DNA from: Rickettsia typhi
GTDB lineage: Bacteria; Pseudomonadota; Alphaproteobacteria; Rickettsiales; UBA1997
NCBI GenBank assembly: GCA_945862455.1
Contig: CAMAXU010000002.1
Span: 257 to 64,256, forward strand
Length of the DNA: 64,000 nt
Direction of reading: 5' to 3'
This document shows positions 1 through 8,893 of this stretch, in pieces (positions within the stretch are counted from its first letter, which is position 1; each line of letters opens with the position of its first letter). Position numbers and translations under genes: made by a program. Below the pieces are notes generated by a model that was not told the origin of the DNA, did no database searches, and saw only the letters and a list, made by a program, of their open reading frames with translations.

Positions 1-1
1 A

Positions 2-958
2 AGCGGAGTTACTGCTACCGGAGTTGCCGTTGGGAACAATGTTACCATACAATGCAACTCCAGTGGTTATAGTGGAAATTATACTTATAGCTGCAATAGC
101 TCTGGCGTACTTTCCGTTGTTACAGCCTGTCCAGTACCACCTTGTACCGGAGGAGATAGCATTGTTGACGCCACAATTAGCGGTGTCAGTTATAAAATTC
201 ATACCTTCAACTCCTTTGGAACTTTTAGATGTCCATCACAAAGGTCTGTTGATGTTTTAGTGGTTGGCGCTGGTGGAAATGGAGGCGGAAGCACTGGAGG
301 CGGAGGAGGCGGAGGCGGAGCTGGTGGAGTAGTATTTAAAACCAATCATCTATTAACTGCTCAATTATATTCAGTTACCGTAGGCTCTCCAAGCGCTAAT
401 ACTGGCACCAAAGGAGGAGATTCAATATTTGATACAATAACAGCTTATGGCGGTGGAGCTGGAGGTGATTACAAAATTAATGGTCAAAGCGGCGGATCGG
501 GAGGTGGTGTTGGAAGAGATTTTGTTGGAGTCAGTTCAACAGCTACCAAAGGAATTGGCGGCGGAACGCTTTATGGAAATAACGGTGGAATTGGTGCAGC
601 CAGTATTTGGTCTGGCGGAGGTGGCGGCGGGGGAGCTGGCGGAGTTGGATCAAATAGCATAGGCGGATCTCAAGCTACTGAAAGAGCTGGAGCTGGAGGT
701 GCTGGAATTGCCAATCCAATTTATTCAACACCAGCTTTTATTGCTGGCGGCGGAGGTGGTGGAAACGAAGGAAACCAAAATGTGGCGCTAGGAGGTTCTG
801 GTATTGGAGGCAATGGAGGCACTCGTGCTTATGATATTATTCATATACAACCAACGTCAGGAGCATCAAACACCGGTAGCGGCGGCGGAGGCGGCGGAGG
901 TGGCAGCGAAATGGGATACGGCAGCTCTGGTATTGTAATTGTTCGTTATGTCAAATAA
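2..958 (+). CDS. glycine-rich domain protein, 5'-truncated by window edge
   Basis: Frame 2 is open from base 2 directly into the listed 260..958 ORF (..SYKIHTFNSFGTFRCPSQRSVDVLVVGAGGNGGGSTGGGGGGGGAGG..). Long GGxGG runs; C-terminus ..SSGIVIVRYVK. The GTG at 260 is internal, not the true start. Confidence 0.7.
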   Translation, partial: SGVTATGVAVGNNVTIQCNSSGYSGNYTYSCNSSGVLSVVTACPVPPCTGGDSIVDATISGVSYKIHTFNSFGTFRCPSQRSVDVLVVGAGGNGGGSTGGGGGGGGAGGVVFKTNHLLTAQLYSVTVGSPSANTGTKGGDSIFDTITAYGGGAGGDYKINGQSGGSGGGVGRDFVGVSSTATKGIGGGTLYGNNGGIGAASIWSGGGGGGGAGGVGSNSIGGSQATERAGAGGAGIANPIYSTPAFIAGGGGGGNEGNQNVALGGSGIGGNGGTRAYDIIHIQPTSGASNTGSGGGGGGGGSEMGYGSSGIVIVRYVK

Positions 959-963
959 TTCCT

Positions 964-1124
964 ATACCAAAGTAACTATTTACACTCCCAATTAAGCCTC
1001 GTCTTTTTGGTAAAAATTTTCTCGGATAATGAAGTTGTGCCGCTTGGTACAACTTCATTATTTGTCGTAATTTTTGCTCAAAAATACTTTGCTTGATGGG
1101 AATATAAATCAGTTAGTTTGGTGC
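964..1124. repeat. nested palindromic element, family PE-1 (full copy)
   Basis: Imperfect terminal inverted repeats, taccaaagtaactatttacactcccaattaagc / gcttgatgggaatataaatcagttagtttggt. Core ttttggtaaaaattttctcggataatga + hairpin (aatgaagttgt/acaacttcatt) + cattatttgtcgtaatttttgctcaaaaa, shared with 47008..47168 and 8212..8318. Confidence 0.8.
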
Positions 1125-1135
1125 AGATCTGCAGT

Positions 1136-2665
<1,530 letters not shown>

Positions 2666-2724
2666 TTATTTTTGGCTTCAAAAAATAAAAAACAATTAAT
2701 AACTCCCTAACAAACCTTGAAAAT

Positions 2725-3141
2725 ATGCCTTCTCAAATTGAAAAACTTTGTTTTGATCGCAATATAAAATTAACTGAAAACCGCCGCATCATCGCGCGCG
2801 TGATTTCTGACAGCGTCGATCATCCCGATGTTGAAGAGGTTTTTTATCGCGCTTCAAAAATTAATCCTAAAATCGGAATTGCCACAGTTTATCGCGCCGT
2901 AAAAATGTTTGAAGAACTCGGCGTAATTGCCAAGCATGACTTCGGCAGCAAGGGTCGCGCTCGTTATGAAAAACTTGAAGGCGAAGATCATCACGATCAT
3001 TTGGTCGATATTACGACTGATGAAGTTCATGAATTTTTTAATGAAGAATTAGAAAAATTAAAAACTAAAATTGCCCAAGAAAAAGGTTTTGAATTGATTG
3101 GGCATAGATTAGAGCTTTATTGCAGACCATTGAAGAAGTAG
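2725..3141 (+). CDS. Fur-family transcriptional regulator (Irr/Mur-like, no CxxC pairs)
   Basis: Winged-helix region ..RRIIARVISDS.DHPDVEEVFYRA....IGIATVYRAVKMFEELGV.. and an EDHHDHLVD metal site. It lacks the structural-Zn cysteines. Confidence 0.8.
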   Translation: MPSQIEKLCFDRNIKLTENRRIIARVISDSVDHPDVEEVFYRASKINPKIGIATVYRAVKMFEELGVIAKHDFGSKGRARYEKLEGEDHHDHLVDITTDEVHEFFNEELEKLKTKIAQEKGFELIGHRLELYCRPLKK

Positions 3142-3190
3142 TCTAAAGGATCATTGCGCTTCATTTTCTAACCTAAAATCACCGCTTTTT

Positions 3191-4057
3191 ATGACCGACA
3201 TCCTTAGAAAAATTCTTCTTTCGCAACTTCAATTTGAAGGCGCAGATAATCCTGAAAAATTTCTCAAAACTTTTGCCGATTTATACCGCATCGAACTTTT
3301 CAAAGATGGTCTAGATTTAATTCTCACCAAAGTTCAACAAAAACAACTCCGCTTCGAAATCAAGATTATCAAGGGTTGGGATACAAATGTCGGTTGTTTT
3401 TTAACCGAACAAAAAAGTCTTTATGATAAAACTTTGGGACGTTTTATAAAAAAAGCTGATCTCAAAATTACTTTACGCAGCCTCACGCATAATGTTCTCG
3501 CTCATGAAATGGCGCATGCTTGGGAATTTGAAGGTGGCATAAATTTAGGCGAAGATTTTCGTAAAGCTATCGGCTTTGATATGAAAGATAGATCGCCCCA
3601 AAGCTTGCCGCTAAAAGCCGAAATAAAAAGATTGATGGTTGAAGGCATGAATAGATATCCACAAAATCAAATTATTTCTGAACTTTTTGCCCGCTATTTT
3701 GAATTACTTAGCATCTCGCGCGATGTTCGCACTTTTGGCGAATTTTCTACCAGAGATGTCATGGACTTTTTTGAAAACACCACTAACTTTATTGCGAAGA
3801 TTTTTAATCCCCAAATCAGAGTAAAAATTGATCCGAAAGTTGCCGTAGAAACGTCTGAGATAGCTAGACAAATCAAGCTTTCAGCGCCAGAACAAAAATT
3901 CTCAGATCGAATAGATTCATTTCACAGCAAAGCAAAAAATCCTCAAGAAAATAAGCCAATAGAAAGAAGTTGGGCCAAAAGCACAAAATCAAATTCTATG
4001 TGGCAAGCCGGTTGGCAAAAACATCAAGAAATTAAAGATACCAAGGGGGAAAAATAA
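3191..4057 (+). CDS. hypothetical protein with HExxH metallopeptidase-like motif
   Basis: The only recognisable motif is VLAHEMAHAWEF. Its stop overlaps the thrB start (TAATG). Confidence 0.55.
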   Translation: MTDILRKILLSQLQFEGADNPEKFLKTFADLYRIELFKDGLDLILTKVQQKQLRFEIKIIKGWDTNVGCFLTEQKSLYDKTLGRFIKKADLKITLRSLTHNVLAHEMAHAWEFEGGINLGEDFRKAIGFDMKDRSPQSLPLKAEIKRLMVEGMNRYPQNQIISELFARYFELLSISRDVRTFGEFSTRDVMDFFENTTNFIAKIFNPQIRVKIDPKVAVETSEIARQIKLSAPEQKFSDRIDSFHSKAKNPQENKPIERSWAKSTKSNSMWQAGWQKHQEIKDTKGEK

Positions 4058-5010
4058 TGGCTATTTATACCAAATTAACTCGTCAGGAAATCGAAGATCA
4101 TCTTACCAATTACAAATTGGGAACTTTGACAAATTTTAAAGAAATTATCGAAGGAATTGATAATACAAATTTGCTTATCGAAACCACGCAAGGCAGGTTT
4201 ATTCTAACTATTTTTGAATCACGAATTGATAAAAATTCGCTGCCTTTTTTTATTAATTTTAAAATTCATTTGGCACAAAAAGGCATTTGTTGTCCAATTC
4301 CTATTGTTGCCAATACAGGCGCTTCAATAGTTGATTTGAAAGGTAAAAAATCAACGATAGTAACTTTCTTGAATGGCTCGTCTTTAAAAGCTCGCGAAGA
4401 TGGATATTATGATAATATTAAGCCACATCATTGTTACGAAATTGGCAAAGTTTTAGCTCGTTTACATTTGGCGACAGCAGATTTTAACATGTTGCGCGAG
4501 AATGAATTAAATCCTTTGGTTTTAAGAAATTTATTTAACAAAATTCAATATTTGCACCGCAATTTACGTGCAGAAATTTTAGGAAATTTAGATTTTCTTG
4601 AAAAGAATTGGCAATTGAATTTACCAAGTGGCGCCAGTCATTTAGACCTTTTTCCGGATAATGTTTTTTTTGATCAGGAAGCTAAAATGAGCGGTGTAAT
4701 TGATTTTTATTTCGCTGCCAATGATTTGCTGATTTATGATTTTGCGATTGCAGTTAATGCTTGGTGTTTTGATGAGAAAAATAATTTTGATCAGCAAAAA
4801 TTTGATGAGATGTTTCATGGTTATGAAGAAGTCAGAAAATTTTCTACTGAAGAAAAAGACTTCTTAAAAATTGCCTTGGTTGGAGCAGCGATGCGCTTTT
4901 TGCTAACAAGGCTTCACGACATGTTTGTTGTTTCAACTGAAAATTTGGTTAAGATTAAAAATCCGAAAGAATATTTAACAAAATTAAGATTTTTTAAGTC
5001 GAAATTATGA
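4057..5010 (+). CDS. thrB: homoserine kinase, type II (APH-like ThrB)
   Basis: N-terminus MAIYTKLTRQEIEDHL.NYKLG.L..F..I.EG..NTN; HLDLFPDNVFF catalytic loop; GVIDFYFA. Confidence 0.85.
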   Translation: MAIYTKLTRQEIEDHLTNYKLGTLTNFKEIIEGIDNTNLLIETTQGRFILTIFESRIDKNSLPFFINFKIHLAQKGICCPIPIVANTGASIVDLKGKKSTIVTFLNGSSLKAREDGYYDNIKPHHCYEIGKVLARLHLATADFNMLRENELNPLVLRNLFNKIQYLHRNLRAEILGNLDFLEKNWQLNLPSGASHLDLFPDNVFFDQEAKMSGVIDFYFAANDLLIYDFAIAVNAWCFDEKNNFDQQKFDEMFHGYEEVRKFSTEEKDFLKIALVGAAMRFLLTRLHDMFVVSTENLVKIKNPKEYLTKLRFFKSKL

Positions 5011-5699
5011 GCGTAAAATTCCATTTTTTTGGCAAAGATTGTATAGTTGATCGCGCGATTACTGATCGCAAAGATTTAAAGCGATCCTTGCTCGAGAAGG
5101 GTTTTGAGTTTGATGTAATTCAATTTGTGAATCAGGTTCATAGTAACAATGTAATTACAATTGATGCACATAGTAAAATTCATGGTGATCAAAATTTACC
5201 AAAAGCAGATGCAATTGTAACCAATTTAAAAAAAGTTGTGATTGGTGTTTTTACAGCAGATTGCGCTCCGATTTTTTTATATGATGAAGAGAGAAAAATT
5301 GTTGCCGTTATTCATGCTGGATGGAAAGGAGCCAAGAATGGCGTGATTAAATCTACTATTACAGAAATGAAAAAATTAGGTGCAAAAAATATTATAGCCT
5401 TAATTGGACCGATGATTCAGCAAAAATCTTATGAAGTTTCGCAAGAATTTTTTGATGATTTTACCAGCGAAGATGAAGGAAATAAAATATTTTTTGCAGA
5501 TGGCAACAAAGCGGATAAACATATGTTTGATTTGCCGAGTTATGTAGGAAAAAAATTATGTGAGGAAGGGATTTTTGAAATTAAAAATTCAGGAATTGAT
5601 ACTTATGAAAATGAGAAAGAATTTTTTAGCTACAGAAGATCGACGCATCGCGCGGAAGTAGATTGCGGAAGAAATATTTCGGTGATTGCGCTGGGATAA
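5007..5699 (+). CDS. pgeF: laccase-domain / peptidoglycan editing factor PgeF (YfiH family)
   Basis: QVHSNNV, DAIVTN, TADCAPIF, HAGWKGA and FFSYRR motifs. ATGA overlap with thrB. Confidence 0.85.
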   Translation: MSVKFHFFGKDCIVDRAITDRKDLKRSLLEKGFEFDVIQFVNQVHSNNVITIDAHSKIHGDQNLPKADAIVTNLKKVVIGVFTADCAPIFLYDEERKIVAVIHAGWKGAKNGVIKSTITEMKKLGAKNIIALIGPMIQQKSYEVSQEFFDDFTSEDEGNKIFFADGNKADKHMFDLPSYVGKKLCEEGIFEIKNSGIDTYENEKEFFSYRRSTHRAEVDCGRNISVIALG

Positions 5700-5770
5700 A
5701 AGGAATTCTATTCGTGACGGCGTTCGCCTTTGACGACCTACAGCTTTGGCGACTACAGCGCGGCATCACA

Positions 5771-5833
5771 CTTCGTTAACACTTCATCTCGATTGCTTTT
5801 TGCGGATCAATCGAGATGAAGTGTTAACGAAAG
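5771..5833. repeat. perfect 25-bp-stem palindrome immediately 3' of tRNA-Phe
   Basis: cttcgttaacacttcatctcgattg / caatcgagatgaagtgttaacgaaag around a 9-13 nt loop. It may terminate the tRNA transcript. Confidence 0.75.
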
Positions 5834-5837
5834 CGGA

Positions 5838-5913
5838 TGGTGCCTGAAGCCGGAATCGAACCAGCGACACAAGGATTTTCAGTCCTTTGCTCTACCAACT
5901 GAGCTATTCAGGC
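5838..5913 (-). tRNA. tRNA-Phe (GAA)
   Basis: The reverse complement gcctgaatagctcagttggtagagcaaaggactgaaaatccttgtgtcgctggttcgattccggcttcaggcacca folds as a cloverleaf with anticodon loop CTGAAAA. CCA is encoded. Confidence 0.95.
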
Positions 5914-5918
5914 ATAAT

Positions 5919-6052
5919 GAGTCTGTCTCGTAAATCAAGCTTTTCGCAATTCTGATTTTTTTGAAACGCACGTACATCTGGGTACGCTTACCTTTCAAAA
6001 AAATCAGAATCACAAAAATTTCTTAGAAAATTTTGATTTACGCAACAGACTT
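5919..6052. repeat. nested palindromic element, family PE-4
   Basis: TIRs gagtctgtctcgtaaatcaa / ttgatttacgcaacagact; inner repeat gcaattctgatttttttgaaa / tttcaaaaaaatcagaatcac. The termini match the mini-element in the GNAT gene at 63016..63061. Confidence 0.8.
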
Positions 6053-6141
6053 ATAATTTATTTCTACTCAAAACGAAGGCGTGCAAGCTAAGAATGGTCT
6101 TTTATTTTGCAAGCTTGCTTAAAAATTAATTTCAAAAATTT

Positions 6142-6282
6142 ATGGAAAACCTTACGGATTATTCAAAATATGTTAATGCTGCTTATTTAATAGCTGGTCT
6201 TTGTTTGTCTATGTTGATGTTGTTTGTTGTGACTAATTTCTTTCGCGTAAAATCAAAAATAAAAAATGAAAAATCAGCGTAA
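6142..6282 (+). CDS. ccmD: heme exporter protein CcmD (46 aa, absent from ORF track)
   Basis: MENLTDYSKYVNAAYLIAGLCLSMLMLFVVTNFFRVKSKIKNEKSA: a single TM helix and a Y..YV..AY motif. It overlaps the ccmE start, the usual ccmD-ccmE arrangement. Confidence 0.7.
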   Translation: MENLTDYSKYVNAAYLIAGLCLSMLMLFVVTNFFRVKSKIKNEKSA

Positions 6283-6721
6283 AAAAAAGCGGATAATTTT
6301 TGTTGGTTCGATTTTTCTGATTTCGATTTTGGCTTTGGCTTTCGTAATTTCAAATTTTCGCGACAATATGGTTTTTTTCTATTCTCCGAGTGAATTGCTA
6401 AAAATCGAAGTTTTGCAAAAAGTTCACAATCGCCAAATCAGGATTGGCGGGTTGGTAAAAGAAAATAGTGTAAAGAAAATTGATGCTTTAACTACACAAT
6501 TTGTAGTTACCGATATGCAAAAAGATTTGGTGATTGAGTATGTGGGAATATTGCCTGACTTATTTCGCGAAAAACAGGGCGTAGTGGCAAAAGGGAAATT
6601 TGATGAAGAGAAAAATCAATTTTTTTCCAAAGAAATGTTAGTGAAACATGATGAAAAATACATGCCGCCTGAAGTGGCTAAAGCCTTGAAAGATAAGGGT
6701 GTGTTTGAGGGAAATAAATAA
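6266..6721 (+). CDS. ccmE: cytochrome c-type biogenesis heme chaperone CcmE
   Basis: N-terminal TM anchor, RIGGLV, GVVAKGKF, and C-terminal LVKHDEKYMPPEV (heme-binding His). Confidence 0.92.
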   Translation: MKNQRKKKRIIFVGSIFLISILALAFVISNFRDNMVFFYSPSELLKIEVLQKVHNRQIRIGGLVKENSVKKIDALTTQFVVTDMQKDLVIEYVGILPDLFREKQGVVAKGKFDEEKNQFFSKEMLVKHDEKYMPPEVAKALKDKGVFEGNK

Positions 6722-7447
6722 TTATTTATTAGCTTTTTCTACCAACTCGTTACTTTTTTTTTCAGTCACGCTTTCTAATTTTGTCATAAATTCTTGTTTT
6801 GAAAGTCCGGGATTTATTGGTTCCAAAAATTCTAATGTAATTCTTCCTGGTTTTTTCGGAGTTCCCTTGCCCCAAAAAACTCCTGAATTTAAAGCCGCTG
6901 GCACAACTTTTACGCCGATTGAAAGATATAAAGCAGCAATTCCTGCTTGATAAGGAAATTTATCGGATTCAACTCCGACGGGAACTCGAGTTCCTTGAGG
7001 AAATAAAACTATGCTCTGTCCTTTTGCTAAATAATCTTTTGTTTGTTTGATAAGTGCTTTAAGCGCCTTAGCGCCACCGCTTCTATCAACAATAATTCCG
7101 CTCATCACTCTTAAATACCAACCGTAAAATGGGATTTTTAATAATTCTTTTTTAAAAGCATAAGCTGGACGACTAACTATCAAATGCATGATAATTGTTT
7201 CCCAAGCTGATTGATGTTTGCAGGCTATGATACAAGGTTCTTTAGGTAAATTTTCTAGGCCGATAAATTCATAATCAATTTGGCATAATTTCTTTAACAT
7301 CCACATCGCACCAATTGCCCAAATTTTTGCCCCACGATCAGCAATTTTGGCGCTTCTAAAAATAAATGCCGGAAAATAAATAATTGGAATGATTGCGCCC
7401 CATAAATTGAGGAAAATGGTGAAAATTATCGAAGTGATGCGGTTCAT
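6722..7447 (-). CDS. plsC: 1-acyl-sn-glycerol-3-phosphate acyltransferase
   Basis: Acyltransferase blocks CKHQSAWET.., FPQGTR and PAALNSG. Confidence 0.85.
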   Translation of the reverse strand: MNRITSIIFTIFLNLWGAIIPIIYFPAFIFRSAKIADRGAKIWAIGAMWMLKKLCQIDYEFIGLENLPKEPCIIACKHQSAWETIIMHLIVSRPAYAFKKELLKIPFYGWYLRVMSGIIVDRSGGAKALKALIKQTKDYLAKGQSIVLFPQGTRVPVGVESDKFPYQAGIAALYLSIGVKVVPAALNSGVFWGKGTPKKPGRITLEFLEPINPGLSKQEFMTKLESVTEKKSNELVEKANK

Positions 7448-7450
7448 AAT

Positions 7451-8008
7451 CTAATTTTGAATTGGTACTTCTTTGAATGGTTTGCCATTAATTAATAAAG
7501 TATTGATTTTGGATTTATGATTTTGATCAACATCAATTAGAACTTCAATTTTATCGACTCTTTTTATGGGCTTCTTCATTTTCGGACTAATAAAATATTC
7601 CTCAATTCCATATTCGATTCTGCCGTCAGGCTGCATAAAACCTTTAATTGCAACTTCACCATCTTTGAGTTTCTCCGAGTTATCGTAAACAAGTCTTTCT
7701 GAAATATAATACTTACCTTTTGGGCGCAAGATTGCATAGATTTCATTATTGTCAGACTTGATTTTGTTTACATCTTTTTTTATGCCAAAATTGTTGCCAT
7801 AGGAAAAACTGTAAAGCAAATAAATGCCGTTTTCTTTTATTAATTTGGGCTGGTTGGATAATGAAGCTCTTATTAAAACCGTTTCTGCTTTTGGGCTGGA
7901 TAAATTTTTATTTTCAAAGGCAAACCAAGTTAAAAAAGTAAAAACTTGCAGCAGAATTAACAAAAGAAATTTCTTAATTTTTCCGTTAAATGTCATCGCC
8001 TTAATCAT
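7451..8008 (-). CDS. membrane-anchored hypothetical protein (possibly GDYXXLXY-family)
   Basis: Start moved to M32 (MIKAMTF..) because the track start overlaps tRNA-Thr. TM helix FLLLILLQVFTFLTWFAF. RIEYGIEEYFISP resembles the C-terminal motif of GDYXXLXY proteins, but the family call is weak. Confidence 0.5.
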   Translation of the reverse strand: MIKAMTFNGKIKKFLLLILLQVFTFLTWFAFENKNLSSPKAETVLIRASLSNQPKLIKENGIYLLYSFSYGNNFGIKKDVNKIKSDNNEIYAILRPKGKYYISERLVYDNSEKLKDGEVAIKGFMQPDGRIEYGIEEYFISPKMKKPIKRVDKIEVLIDVDQNHKSKINTLLINGKPFKEVPIQN

Positions 8009-8066
8009 TGTAGATTTTTCTTCTTTGGACAGAAGCTGTTTTGCGAAGCAAGAAAAAAATTGAAAC

Positions 8067-8141
8067 TGGTGCCGATTGAGAGAATCGAACTCCCGACCCA
8101 CTGTTTACAAGACAGTAGCTCTACCTCTGAGCTAAATCGGC
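8067..8141 (-). tRNA. tRNA-Thr (UGU)
   Basis: The reverse complement gccgatttagctcagaggtagagctactgtcttgtaaacagtgggtcgggagttcgattctctcaatcggcacca folds as a cloverleaf with anticodon loop CTTGTAA. CCA is encoded. Confidence 0.95.
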
Positions 8142-8211
8142 ATTTTAAGAGGCGGGAAACTATTTTTGCGCAAGAAAAACTGCAAGGAATTTTTCCAAAT
8201 TCTTTTAATAT

Positions 8212-8318
8212 ATATACCAAATTAACTATCTCTTGATAGCCATAACTTTGTCTTTTTGGTAAAAATTTGCTCAGAAATACTTCGTTAGCGCTATTAAGAG
8301 ATAGTTAATTTGGTATAT
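8212..8318. repeat. nested palindromic element, family PE-1 (short form)
   Basis: TIRs atataccaaattaactatctcttgatagc / gctattaagagatagttaatttggtatat. Core tctttttggtaaaaatttgctcagaaatacttcg, with the central hairpin deleted relative to copies 964 and 47008. Confidence 0.8.
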
Positions 8319-8334
8319 TCCTATTCAATTATAG

Positions 8335-8376
8335 AAATAAAAAACCGGATCAACCTTTTGGCTGATCCGGTTTTTA
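8335..8376 (-). terminator. rho-independent terminator (bidirectional shape)
   Basis: Stem aaccggatca / tgatccggtt with T-runs on both strands, directly downstream of the 8399..8743 gene. Confidence 0.7.
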
Positions 8377-8398
8377 AACTCAGTTAAAAGTAATTAAA

Positions 8399-8743
8399 TT
8401 ACTTTTTAGCAGGAGCTTCAACAGCAGCTGGAGCAGCAGCTTCTTCGGCTTTCACTTCAGCTTTTTTAGCTTTTTTATGAGCTTTTTTAGCGGCTTTAAC
8501 TTCAGGTTTAGCTTCAGCAACTTTAGCATCAGCTTTAACTTCTGCAGTTTTAACTTCAGCTTTAGCAGCTACTGGAGCAGCAACTTTAGCATCAGCTTTA
8601 GCAGCAGCTACTGGAGCAGCGGCTTTAACTTCAGCTTTAGCAGCTACTGGAGCAGCAGCTTTAACTTCAGCTTTAACAGCTTGAGCTTGAGCAGCAGTTG
8701 CGAAAAGAGAAACTGCAGCAATGATCAATGAAATTTTTTTCAT
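8399..8743 (-). CDS. secreted Ala/Lys-rich tandem-repeat protein
   Basis: Start set at MKKISLIIAAVSLFATAAQAQA (signal peptide), followed by AKAEVKAAAPVAA-type 13-aa repeats (about 39-nt DNA period) and a KKAHKKAKK tail. Confidence 0.7.
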   Translation of the reverse strand: MKKISLIIAAVSLFATAAQAQAVKAEVKAAAPVAAKAEVKAAAPVAAAKADAKVAAPVAAKAEVKTAEVKADAKVAEAKPEVKAAKKAHKKAKKAEVKAEEAAAPAAVEAPAKK

Positions 8744-8893
8744 TTTATTTATACACCAAATTGGTTTTGAGAGGCTAATCATTTCTGATTAGTTTCTTTC
8801 GATAATTATTAAGCTTAGCAGCTTTTAAGGGGCTGCAGGCAAAAATAACAGAAAGGCGGGCGGCAAAATATGGACCCAAATTTGTTTGTCAAA

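Noticed and set aside
24-260. 78-aa ORF at the window start
   Set aside because: A different frame (frame 2) is open from base 2 and continues seamlessly into the glycine-rich protein. This ORF is an overlapping alternative-frame artefact.
447-662. 71-aa ORF inside the glycine-rich gene
   Set aside because: It is an alternative frame of a low-complexity GGN-rich sequence.
8009-8101. N-terminal extension of the 7451..8101 ORF
   Set aside because: It overlaps tRNA-Thr (8067..8141). An internal ATG at 8008, followed by a TM helix, is the plausible start.
8477-8731. 84-aa Ser/Phe-rich ORF on the plus strand
   Set aside because: It is an antisense reading of the Ala/Lys repeat gene, and its composition is a mirror artefact of the GCN/AAR repeats.
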